From Piromyces finnis finn (lineage: Eukaryota; Fungi; Neocallimastigomycota), in contig MCFH01000014.1 of the NCBI GenBank assembly GCA_002104945.1, positions 248,001 to 312,000 of the forward strand: DNA of 64,000 bases, read 5' to 3'. The notes under the pieces were generated by a model that was not told where the DNA came from, did no database searches, and worked only from the letters and a program-made list of their open reading frames with translations. The position numbers and the translations under genes were made by a program. This document shows, one piece after another, positions 1 through 11,577 of the stretch (position 1 is the stretch's first letter; each line of letters begins with the position of its first letter).

Positions 1-2062
1 TCCATTGTTACAATTACTTTTAATGTTTTTAAAATTTCATTCAGAAAAAAATAAAATATATAAATATAAAATATAAAGTTTGATTATAAAATTTCAATTT
101 TATTCATTGAATAATTAAAGCATTTCTAATTTGAAATCCAAATTTCTATTATATTCTTTTTATATCAAATTTATTTTTCAATAAAGATACTGTTAAAGAT
201 AGCAAAATAATTTATATATCGATTTTTTATTTTATACATTATTTATCTTAATATATACCTAATTTTTTAGTTTGTAATAGTATTGTTATAATTCTCTTTA
301 TTATTTCTTTTCTTTTTTTTTTTTATTTTTTTATTTCATATTTCCCTTTATAAATTGTTTTCAAGTAAATAAAAGTAGATGTGGGTAATAAATTTTTAAT
401 TAATTAAAATTTTACTTTACCTTTTTTCTACCAATAAAATATATTTCAAAAATTTTTTATAATCAATATATTATAATCATTTAAATTTAAAAAAAAGAAA
501 ATTATTTTGTAAAAAGAGATTTTATAACATTTTTTTAAAAATGCTAAAAATATAAAATAGTTATTTTCATATATCAAGAAATATATAATAAAAGGCATGT
601 CTTTAAATAATTCAATAATGTATTAAAATATGAATTTTAATAACATTATATATGATATAATTAAAGATTTTAAAAAAAAACAAAAAAGATAAATAAATAT
701 TATTTTGTTAAATTAAATGATACCTATCAATTTTAAAAAAAATTCTATATATATTTTTTTGTTTTGTTTTTGTTTGTTTTGTTATATTTTTTGTTCTCAT
801 TTTAAAAGAAAAAAAAAGATAAAATACAAAATATTTTTTTTTTCATTGAATAAAAGAAAAATAATAAAAAAAATTAATTTAACTATTATTATTATTATTA
901 TTATTATTATCAGTACTAATAAAATTTTGAATATTATTTTTATACATTTTTTACCTATTAATGTTATATTAAAAATAAAATATCTTTTCTCATTTTTAAT
1001 ATCTTTAATAATCAAATTATAATTATTTCTTCTGTATTTTCCTAGATGTATATTTTTTATATGTAATACAATAGTAATTTTAAGTAATTTAATAAATAAA
1101 TTAATATAAAAAAGTATTTAATAACAATATTATTATATAATAAAATCTTACACTACATAAAATACAAAGTATAAATCTTACACTACATAAAATATTACAC
1201 TTTCTTTACTATTATTTTAAATAACTCTTTAGTATTATGTTTGAAGATAATTGAATTGAAAATCAATATTATAATATTTAAAAGGTTAGAAATTATATAT
1301 AGTATACAATATATTTAATATAATTTTTATTAATAGTATATATATCATTTTATTCATATCAGTTTTAAACCACAAATAATAACTCTATCAATAATACATT
1401 CTTTTAATGAAATTGTAATTATCTTTAATCAAATTATAATTAAATTTAATTTTATTATCTTTAAAGAATAAATTATAAATGTTAAATAATCATTACTTTT
1501 ATAAAATATTATTATTATAATATGGTAAATTAAAAATAAATTATTATCTATATATAGTTTTTTTTAATGTTTTTTTTTTTAATAAATATTATTACTATTC
1601 ATTATATATATTTTTTAAGATCATTCTTAATGAATGAAAAAAATATAATATTTCTTTCTGTTTAGAATTCTTTTTTTTAATTTAACTAGTTTTTTTTTAA
1701 ATGGAGTTTTAACAAATCATTATTTAAATTATAAATAAAAAATTAATTTAAAAAATCTTTTATTTATCAATATGAAATTAATTTATTTTTTTTATTCTAT
1801 TAAATAAACTTTTTAAAATTTCCGTAAATCTCCGAATTGTATCAAAATTTAATATTTTAACTTTTTTTTTAATATAATTTATATTAATAAAAGTTGACCA
1901 AATTTAGAATTAATAAAAAAATGAAAGATTTAATATATTTTATAAAATTTTATATCAAATTTACCCATTATAAATTTTTTTTTTTTAAAGATAGTAACAT
2001 TCAATATTAAAATATAACCATTATGATAATATTCTTCTTTACTATTTTATTACAAAACTTTA

Positions 2063-2260
2063 TTATTGCTATTGTTTTATAATATTTTATATATTATATA
2101 AATACATTTTTATATTATATTCACTCTTTATTGCTATTGTTTTATAATATTTTATATATTATATAAATACATTTTTATATTATATTCACTCTTTATTGCT
2201 ATTGTTTTATAATATTTTATATATTGTATAAATACATTTTTATATATTATATTCACTCTT
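2063..2260. repeat. 65-bp direct repeat, 3 near-identical copies
   Basis: The unit TTATTGCTATTGTTTTATAATATTTTATATATTATATAAATACATTTTTATATTATATTCACTC recurs; its GCT ends at 2070, 2135 and 2200. Confidence 0.9.
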
Positions 2261-2894
2261 TAAATTTATCAATACTATTATTTATATATATATTCAAAAT
2301 ATTTGAAAGAAAAAATAATAATATGAACAAAAGAGTTATAATTCATTCAATATTGCTTATTTTTAATTTTAATATTAAAATATTTATAAATTATATTAAA
2401 TAAATATTTATAAAAATGCAGATAAATTTTAAATTAATATTTTATTTAAAGTATATTCTAATTTAAAAAAAAAAGGTATATGAATTTTCAAATTTTATAA
2501 TAAAAATATATTTAATATATTTTCACAAATAGGAATTAAAAGTGTAATTTTAAAAGAAGAGATTTGATACAAATTACAATTATCAATATACTAAATATAT
2601 ATTTTTTTTTATTTAGAAAACTATTAATAATATTGTTAAAAATTTTAATAATATGAAGAATAAAAATTTAAATATAATTATTTAATTTATATATGTAGTA
2701 CAAACCGCAACAATATTAAACTTTAAAGATAAAAAATAATTAATAATTATTATTCCATATAAAAAAAGAGAATTTTCACTTCTGAATTGAAATCTAAAAG
2801 TTATTCTTTATATTAATAATAATAATAAAGATTATAATTTTTTATAAGAATATATAATAAATACAAACATTTAGAAATATATATATATAAGAAA

Positions 2895-4295
2895 ATGAAG
2901 TTAAGTATCATTAACAAGGTTTTATTTTTAGCTTATATAACAACAATTTATGCTGCTACTACTAAAACCGTACCAGCTTCACTTTTATCAATAACAACAA
3001 AAACAGTTGCAAAGTCTAGTACTAAAACTATTCCAGCTTCTCTTATTTCTTCTACAAATGCAGTAAAGACTATTCCATCTACCGTTAAGACATCAACTAA
3101 AACTGTTCCATCAATAACTAGTGGATCCAAGACTATTCCAGTCACTCTTATTTCATCAACTAGTAAGACCAATTCTAAAACTATCCCATCAACTAGCAAA
3201 GCTACTAAAACTATTCCAGCTTCTCTTATTACTTCTACATCTGCCAGTAAAACCATTCCATCAACTAGTAAAGCTACTAAAACTATCCCAGCTTCTCTTA
3301 TTACTTCTACATCTGCCAGTAAAACCATTCCATCAACTGCTAGTAAGACTCTTCCATCTACTGCTGTAAAAACTATTCCATCTACATCTGCTGTGAAGAC
3401 CATTACATCAACTGCTAGTAAGACTCTTCCATCTACTAGCAAAACTACTAAAACTATCCCAGCTTCTCTAATTACTTCTACATCTGCTGTAAAGACCATT
3501 CCATCAACTTCTAGTAAGACTCTTCCATCTACTGCCGTAAAAACTATTCCATCAACTGCTAGTAAGACTCTTCCATCAACTACTAAGGTTACAAAGACTA
3601 TTCCATCCACATCTGCTGTAAAAACCATTCCATCAACTGCTAGTAAGACTCTTCCATCAACTACTAAGGTTACAAAGACTATTCCATCCACATCTGCTGT
3701 TAAAACTATTCCATCAACTGCTAGTAAGACTCTTCCATCAACTACTAAGGTTACAAAGACTATTCCATCCACATCTGCTGTTAAAACTATTCCATCAACT
3801 GCTAGTAAGACTCTTCCATTAACTACTAAGGTTACAAAGACTATTCCATCCACATCTGCTAGTAAGACTCTTCCATCAACTACTAAGGTTACAAAGACTA
3901 TTCCATCCACATCTGCTGTTAAAACTATTCCATCAACTAATAAAACTACAAAGACTATTCCATCCACATCTGCTGTTAAAACTATTCCATCAACTAATAA
4001 AACTACAAAGACTATTCCATCAACTACTAAGGTTACAAAGACTATTCCATCCACATCTGCTGTTAAAACTATTCCATCAACCAGTAAAACTCTCCCAACA
4101 ACTAACGGTAAATGTCAAGAAACAGTTACTGTTACAGTTACTGTATCTGCAAAATGTGAAGCTACAAATACTAATGATCAAAACTGTGTTGCAAAGTGGG
4201 GCCAATGTGGTGGTATTAACTACACTGGTCCAACCTGTTGTCAATCAGGTTCAACATGTAAGGAATTTAATGATTGGTACTCACAATGTATTTAA
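2895..4295 (+). CDS. Secreted non-catalytic protein: signal peptide, Ser/Thr/Pro/Lys tandem repeats, C-terminal CBM1 cellulose-binding module
   Basis: Single 466-aa ORF with a hydrophobic N-terminus and KT(I/L)PST-based repeats. The C-terminus [36 protein letters not shown] matches the fungal CBM1 pattern (QCGG...C...YSQC). Confidence 0.9.
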   Translation: MKLSIINKVLFLAYITTIYAATTKTVPASLLSITTKTVAKSSTKTIPASLISSTNAVKTIPSTVKTSTKTVPSITSGSKTIPVTLISSTSKTNSKTIPSTSKATKTIPASLITSTSASKTIPSTSKATKTIPASLITSTSASKTIPSTASKTLPSTAVKTIPSTSAVKTITSTASKTLPSTSKTTKTIPASLITSTSAVKTIPSTSSKTLPSTAVKTIPSTASKTLPSTTKVTKTIPSTSAVKTIPSTASKTLPSTTKVTKTIPSTSAVKTIPSTASKTLPSTTKVTKTIPSTSAVKTIPSTASKTLPLTTKVTKTIPSTSASKTLPSTTKVTKTIPSTSAVKTIPSTNKTTKTIPSTSAVKTIPSTNKTTKTIPSTTKVTKTIPSTSAVKTIPSTSKTLPTTNGKCQETVTVTVTVSAKCEATNTNDQNCVAKWGQCGGINYTGPTCCQSGSTCKEFNDWYSQCI

Positions 4296-4549
4296 ATAAG
4301 TTAAATATGTAAATACTGTATGAAAAGTGATATTATATTATATTATACAATATATATATATTTCTACTGTCTATATTCATTTTAAATATAAGGAATAACT
4401 TACTGATTTAATAATCTCAATCTCTTATATAATTAATCATTAGTAAATTTATATATATTAAAAATCTTCAATGAAAATTAATAATAAGATTTTATTTTTT
4501 ATTATAATAAAAAAAAAAAAAATATGTATAAAAAACTAGTAATTTAATA

Positions 4550-5120
4550 GTCGTTCCAGTTTTTATCCTGGTTGTTAAGGCGTTTCCTTAGCATATATAA
4601 GGCTTCTGGTTCGACCCCGCAGATGTCAGTGCCTGTGGATTTTCCCACTGGGTTTGCCATGGGTTGGGTTATGATATTCAGGTAAGTATAAATGAACTTT
4701 CTAATTTACTACTATGATAATAACACTCGTCTAGCCGGCCTGAGAGGGTCTAGTGTACATGGTACATTCCAAATTAGAACTTAATAAGTGGTGACTTAGG
4801 CTATGCCAAAAACACATAATATTCCTTAATCAATTTAAGTGTAAACATTAGGGGGCGGTTGACACGTGATCAAATTGACTATAAGAGGCTTAGCATTGTA
4901 GTTGTGAAATATCGTACAACGACATGCATCTAATGTACATGGATTAAGTGAGCGTCGAAGCTGAAGAAACAGTATGACAGACCAGGAGGGTCACAACCAC
5001 CTAGCAATAGGAATGAGCCAACGTTTCTCTAAGAACCACCATTGGAGCTAACTCTGATCGATGGGAGAAATGCACTCGGAAGTTAAAAAAAAAAAAAAAA
5101 ATAAAAAAAAAAAAAAAAAA
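4550..5120 (+). mobile_element. tRNA-derived SINE-like retroposon, copy 1
   Basis: GC-richer island with anticodon-loop-like TTAGCAT (4588-4594), B-box GGTTCGACCCC (4608-4618) and an A-rich tail (5085-5120). It is flanked by a 12-bp duplication AGTAATTTAATA (4538-4549 and 5121-5132). The head is homologous to copy 2. Confidence 0.85.
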
Positions 5121-6109
5121 AGTAATTTAATATATATTGAAATAGTAATATTATAAATATAAAATAAAAAATAAATGTTACACAAAATTTTATAATTTTT
5201 TAAAAAAAGTATAATTTTAAAGATTACTTTCATTTTTTAAAAGAATGTTTAAAAGACACACTTTTTTAAATTGTAATGTTTTTAAAAAAAAAGAGAATTC
5301 ATTAATTTTTATTATAATTTTTTAATTATTTTTAAATATATTGATATATCTCTTGAATAAGATGATAATCACTTTTAATAATTTCATTGCATAGAATTTA
5401 GAAAGAAGACTGAAGTTCAAAAAGTTGTTAATTACATATTCTTTGATTCGTTGTATTTCTCTTATTATTATAAAGTTCGTAACGATATGCATCATTGATG
5501 AAACGATAATTAGATTTTGGTTAAAACGTCTATTCTCTTTTATGTATTTGAATAGCAATTTTGATAATAATATTCATTACTTTTATACTATTAATAAAAC
5601 CATTTTTATATATAAATAATTTAAAAAAGAATTGATACACTTATATAAAATTATTCTATTAATAAATTATATTTTATTGAATATAATGATTATAAAGTAA
5701 ATAATATAATTAAATGAATGCATGATAATATTACGAATAAATGGGTATCCAAAAGCAAATTAAAAAAAAAAACAAAACAAACAGAAAAAAATAAATAGAA
5801 ATTCATTTAAAAGTGAATTTTTTTTTTTTTTCAATTTTCAATTAATTTCGTATAAAAAATTTTAAATAAATATTAAAGAGACAATATCGTGAATTATAAA
5901 GTAATAATATATACATTATTATTATATATATAATATGATTTTAAAATGATTTTGTATTAATGATTATGATGATAGTATTAAATATAATTGTTTATGAAGA
6001 ATGATTATATTTTCTTTTCTATAAAAATAAAATACTTTTTGATAATTTGTAAATGTTTATTACTATCCCATAGAACGTGACAATAGTAATAATAATTTTG
6101 AATGAAGAA

Positions 6110-6804
6110 TTATTCATAATTTATATAATTTATGTGTCCATAATGATTTGGTACACCATCTCTACATTTCTTGCAATCGCTACGATATCCAATAGTAAAT
6201 TTAGGTATATATTTTTTTTTTTGTTGAATATTGGTATTGATTTTTAAAATTTTATCCTTTTTTTCTTGGGTATATTTATTATTATTACAATAATTATTAT
6301 TTTGAATGCAACATTGTTTATCAGAAACTGTATTATTGCGTTGAAAACAATCCAATGAAAAATTATCACAGCAATCTTTATATTTCATATAATCCATTGG
6401 TGGTGAAGGTGGTAGAATATTCTTATATAAGTTAAAATTAATGTTTTATTATTATTATTATCATTAACATATAATATTTTTTAATAAAATTTAATTATTG
6501 TATTTTTAAATTAATTACTTTAAAATATGATAAATACCTTTGTAATATTAATATTAATTGAACAGCATTCGTCTATGTTTTCATTCCTTGTTATTTTTTT
6601 CTTTTTAAAATTTATTTTATTATTAATAAAAAGTAATAGAGTGAATATATATAGTTTTTAAATTAATTACATTTTAAATTTCCAATTAAAATTTTAAATT
6701 TCTATACCAACTTTTTTACATTGAATTAAATCATTTTTTTCATCTTCTTCAAGAAAACCCCTTTTTAAATTGAACTTATTGAAAGAATTGAATATTGAGG
6801 ACAT
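6110..6804 (-). CDS. Small 3-exon protein with LPPSPP motif and C-terminal GYRxDCxKC...HYGH motif; function unknown
   Basis: ORF 6110-6397 extends upstream in frame (NILPPSPPMD) to an AG acceptor at 6422-6423. Exon 6600-6538 and an ATG exon starting at 6804 splice in frame. The exon-1 donor position is uncertain. Confidence 0.6.
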
Positions 6805-6956
6805 ATTATATTTGTATTTAATTTATTTTTTTTTAAAAAAACAAAAAGGGAATTTAATAAAAAAAAAGAGTTCAATAAATTTAAATCTTTTTTAATGATT
6901 AAATATTAATCATAGATTAATGGATAATGTTGATTTTAAAAGTAAATGTAATTATT

Positions 6957-7064
<108 letters not shown>

Positions 7065-8023
7065 TAATATTACTATTTAAAATTATTTTTTAAAGAAAAA
7101 AGTGACTTTTCAAATTCCTAAAGTTTTAAAATATATTAAAAAAAAAATCCTTTAATAAATTGATTAATTTTTTTTTTTTTTTTAATCTTTTTTATTAATT
7201 ATTTCAATATAAAATTTTATCATTTTTTAAATAGAATTACATATATTAACAATGAACCGATTTTTATGTTAACAATCCATAGTTAATTCATATATTACAT
7301 TTATTTCTAAAAGTCACTTTATATCACGTGTGTTTTTATTTATATAGAAAAAAGTTATTGTTCTGAGTTTGGGCAATTATAAATATAAAATCATCATAGT
7401 TATTTCCACATTTTTTTTTTTTTTTTTTTTTATTATTATTATTAAAATAACAACTAATACTAATACTTGTTCATTATTTATAATTTAATTCAATACTTTA
7501 AAAGAATTTTCATTAATCCTTATTTTGATTAAATAAATAAATGTATTGACCATTTATCTTTTTTTTTTTTTTTCTTCTGATAAATGTAAGGATATTTCAA
7601 TTCATTTACATATATACTAATTAAAAAAAAAAAAAAAAAAAAGCAAGTAAACAAAGTTATTTTATAATTTTTTATTATATATATATATTCTTTTTATTGT
7701 TATAATTTTTAAATTGCAAAAATAAAAATAAATACTTTAATTAAAATCAATAAAGTTTATGATAAATTATTTTTTTTAACGCTAAAACTTGTATAATCTT
7801 TTAATAGTAAATAAATTCTGTTTTGTGCTTGTATATATACTTTTGATAAATATATATATTATTTTTTTTTCTATTTCTGATATTAGTGTTTTTTTTTTTT
7901 TTTTTTGTTTTTGTTTTGTTTTTTACAAAGGTATATACGATTTACATTGAGGTTTTATTGGTTTTTCTTTTTTTTTTTTTGATAACCTAATTTATTTGTT
8001 ATAAATATATTTATTTTCTATAG

Positions 8024-10596
8024 TTAATTTATTTTTTTGGATTTTTTCTTTAAATTTGATTTTGATTTGTTAGCTGGTGGGGAATTCTTTTTAATAAAAT
8101 TTTCTTTAGTGCTTTTTTCGTTAGATTTAATATCAGTTTCATCATCCATGAAATTTTTTGGGTTCTTAAATGCTTTTCTAAGTACAAGAACTTGCATAAA
8201 CATTGCTATACTAATACTAAAGGCAGAAAAGAGTGCAAATCCAATTTTATCTTTAAGTTCTTTATTATTTGGATCAACTAATTTTAATGAGACCAATGCA
8301 TTAAATACAGTGTCTTTTACCCAATCTACATATTTAGCTATTTTTCTTGCGGAATCTAATAATGCTTTTTCTAATTTATCTTCTTCTTTTTTTTCTTTAT
8401 TATCATTTTCGGTTTCAGTTTCGGTTTCTCTTTTTTCATCAGAAGTAGCTTTTCCTTCTTCTTTTTCTCTCCATAATCCTCTAAATTCATCAATCATCTT
8501 AATTGTTGATGAAAGTTTGTTGAATCCATTGATGAAAGCAACAATTTCAGATCTCTTTAAACTAACTGAATTAACACTAATTAATAATAATAATAATAAT
8601 AATAAATTGGTAAAAAAAAAATTAATTTACTTTACTTTTTATTATATTATATGATCCTTTATTTGAAACAAATTACTTACTCATCAGTAGAGAATAAAAT
8701 TTTTAAAGCTGTACCAAGACCAGTAACTTGTAATTTACCCCATAAACGACATTTTTCACATGCAACACAATCCATAATACGAGTAACATTTCTAAATTGG
8801 AATTTAGTATCGTTTAATAATTCCTGAAAAGTAATTACAGCAAATAAATAAAATAATAAGTTATACAATCAAAGTATGTTAATATATTTGAATTATTTAA
8901 TAATATTTACTTTAGTTTCTGGGGAATTAAAGAATTGATTTTCGTTAAAAGTAGATGGATAATCTTTACTGACATCAATAACCTTTTTAACCAATTCCTA
9001 AAAAGTTTTAAGGATTATAATAAAAATAATAAATGGGGGGAGTAAATATAATTTTTATTAATTCAATTCTGTTATTGATATATTTAGTATTTAATAATAA
9101 AAAAATGATACATACAGAAACTTTAACATCTTCTTCATCATTACCATTACAGTATGTGTAATTGCTTAAGTATTTAGAGATCTTGTTGATGGCACGAATA
9201 TAAATGGCATAGTTTAAGTAGATATTTTCTACACGATCTGGGAATTTACCAATTTTCCATATGAAACAATCGACATTATGACCCTATATATATATATATA
9301 TTTCATAATATATATATATATATTAATTTAATATTCTTATTAAATAATAATTATATTTTTTCTTTTATAATTGTAATTATTATTATTATGTATTAATCTT
9401 TACCCAAACACCAGTCTTAGTGTCGAGCCAATAATAACAAACATTGGTTGAAATTGATGCATGAAGACCTTATTGATGAAAATAGTTTTTATTAGTGTAC
9501 TTGATATTCTCTATTTTAATCTATACATAGAAAAAAAAAATATTTACCAGAAATTAATTTATAATAAACACGCTTTTCAAGACAAGTTTCTTCACCTAAT
9601 TGATTTGGAACACCAAAACAATTTTCGTTGTAGATAGCTTTCCAAACACGAGTAGCAGAATCACCAGTGTATCCAGTATACTTTTCTGGATTAGTTGGTA
9701 AATCAACATATCTTATTCCTTTTATTTTTATATTTCGTTTTTTTTTTTTTTTTTTTTTTTTTGAAATAATAAAATAATTTATATATATTATATTAATATA
9801 TAAATATTCATATATATAAATAGTTTAAAAAAAAAAGTATTAATTTTAATAATAATTACCGTTGGAATCTTCGTCAAAAACACAAAATTCATTAGAGGAA
9901 TAATCACAATTTCCAAACATTGAAGAAGCTCCATAGATTGAAGATTTTTCAATTTTACTAAGGTTTTCGACCTTCCATTCTTCTGGAATTTTTTCCTTTA
10001 AATTTTAAAATTTAAAACATTTGAATATTTAATATTTAAACTAGCAATTGTATATTTTAATATTGTTAATATACTTTACTTCTTCAACAGAAGGAACTGA
10101 ACAACGTTCACTAGTACAAAGTAAATCAGCGTCTGGCCAGAATTGGCATTCTTTCCAAAGATCAACCTTATTATTTATTTTTTTGAGAAAATGAAAATTG
10201 AAATTTAAAAATTATATGTCATTCATTATAGATATATAAATATAAATATTTATATGCTTTATTCTTGTTGGTGGATGTGAACAAGTTATACCTTGTAATA
10301 ACGGAAGAATGTTGATTCTACTAATTCACCAAGAATTGGTGAAATTACTTTATTCATTTCTTCAACTGATTCATATTTACATTGACAATCAGCAATATCA
10401 CCTTCAAACTATATATATAGATAATATTACACTTTATTAATATTTACTTTTATATAAATTTGATATTTAATAACATGCTAATTCTTACACAACAATATCC
10501 ATTGTCTTTTCTTCCCCCGACAATTTCGTCACCTTTAACTAAAAGGGATGTTGAAATGAGACCTAAAAGTTGTAAAGACAATTGTTTAAACTTCAT
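8024..10596 (-). CDS. ERO1: Endoplasmic reticulum oxidoreductin 1 (multi-exon)
   Basis: Catalytic [31 protein letters not shown] motif (8677-8800), [11 protein letters not shown] segment in the last exon, and a signal peptide [22 protein letters not shown] starting at 10596. Confidence 0.93.
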
Positions 10597-11043
10597 TCTA
10601 TAAATGATTTACCATCATAATATTTATTGAATATGAATATGGAAAAAAAAAAAAAATTATTAATACTCCTATTTTTGTTGTAATGTTCTGTTTATATATA
10701 TATACTTTTGAAATGCACAATTATCACTCACTTTTTATTTATTTATTTATTTATTTATACTTTATAAGTTTTATAACTCAATCAAATCAAATGACAATAA
10801 ACAACACTAAAACAATAACAGCTATTTAAATATTAAAATATAAAAAGTATAATGCTAACTTCAATGCTTTTTTTATCTTTTTTTTTTTTTTTTATATTTT
10901 TTTTATTCCAGTTTTTTTTTAAGTAATTTTATTTATATAATTTTTGAAAATTATATTAATTATTTGAATTTAATTATTTAGTTACTATTTATTCATTCAT
11001 TTATTTTATTGACAACCTAATTTTTTCTATTTGAATTATTAAT

Positions 11044-11577
11044 TTTTTTTTTTTAGACTTCCATATATCCTCATCTAACCCCCCTGAGTTATATATGGTA
11101 TGTGATTGTACATTATTGTACATTGCCATATCAGAACGACGTCGGCACAATCATCCCTCTGGGCAGGGCTAATATGGAATGGCTTATTGCTCTTAACGAT
11201 CCTATCACACAAAGACCGAGCTACCAACACCAGTGATCTCCTGAACCTTTATTGGCGAAGGATGATTAACGATGAGAACAACCCTCAAAGACCATAGTTA
11301 GTAATCTGTGAATTAATTGATACCCCTTCCTACATATACTCTAAACTTCAGTGGGAAAACCGCTTGATACGAAGAAAACTACCAATCTGAATTAACTGCT
11401 TAGGGTAGAGTCCGGTGGTATAGTTATACTTACCTGAATTGACCTTTAACCCCTATACTTTAAGCGCAAACCTGAAACAGGAAAATCGCTAAAGAACTGT
11501 CAATGGCGGGGGTCGAACCAGAAGCCTTATGAATGCTAAGCGGGGGTCTTAATAACCAGGATAGAAACTGGAACGAC
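11044..11577 (-). mobile_element. tRNA-derived SINE-like retroposon, copy 2
   Basis: The minus strand begins GTCGTTCCAGTTTCTATCCTGGTTATTAAG...CTTAGCATTCATAAGGCTTCTGGTTCGACCCC, near-identical to copy 1, and ends GGAAGTCT(A)n. It is flanked by a 14-bp duplication TTTGAATTATTAAT (11030-11043 and 11578-11591). Confidence 0.87.

Noticed and set aside
717-1022. Overlapping ORFs 717-1022 (+) and 797-1015 (-)
   Set aside because: They are read through poly(A/T) and (ATT)n tracts, giving I/F/K-only composition with no coding signature. The same applies to most 60-100-aa ORFs in intergenic DNA.
2948-4054. 368-aa antisense ORF
   Set aside because: Shadow frame of the stop-poor repeat region of the CBM1 gene.
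4550-4630. Functional tRNA-Ala gene (also at 11497-11577)
   Set aside because: The anticodon and T stems do not pair properly and the D region is aberrant, so it is treated as a SINE head rather than a tRNA.
5050-5085. Hammerhead-like motif TAACT-CTGATCGA-TGGGA-GAAA...AGTTA at the SINE 3' end
   Set aside because: The core has an extra base, there is no stem III or UH cleavage triplet, and the motif is absent from copy 2. More likely a simple 3' stem-loop.
5380-5560. Possible piggyBac-like transposase remnant (KVR...; IIDETIIRF..RL.F.Y)
   Set aside because: The motifs lie in different frames with the wrong spacing and there are no TIRs or TTAA sites. Too weak without a profile search.
8037-8654. 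205-aa plus-strand ORF
   Set aside because: Antisense shadow of the last ERO1 exon.
11106-11297. 63-aa ORF inside SINE copy 2
   Set aside because: Antisense to the element, absent from the other copies, and has no recognisable motif.
11426-11436. U1 snRNA gene (ATACTTACCTG on the plus strand)
   Set aside because: The match stops after 11 nt, with no U1 stem-loops or Sm site following. It is the reverse strand of the element's donor-like site.
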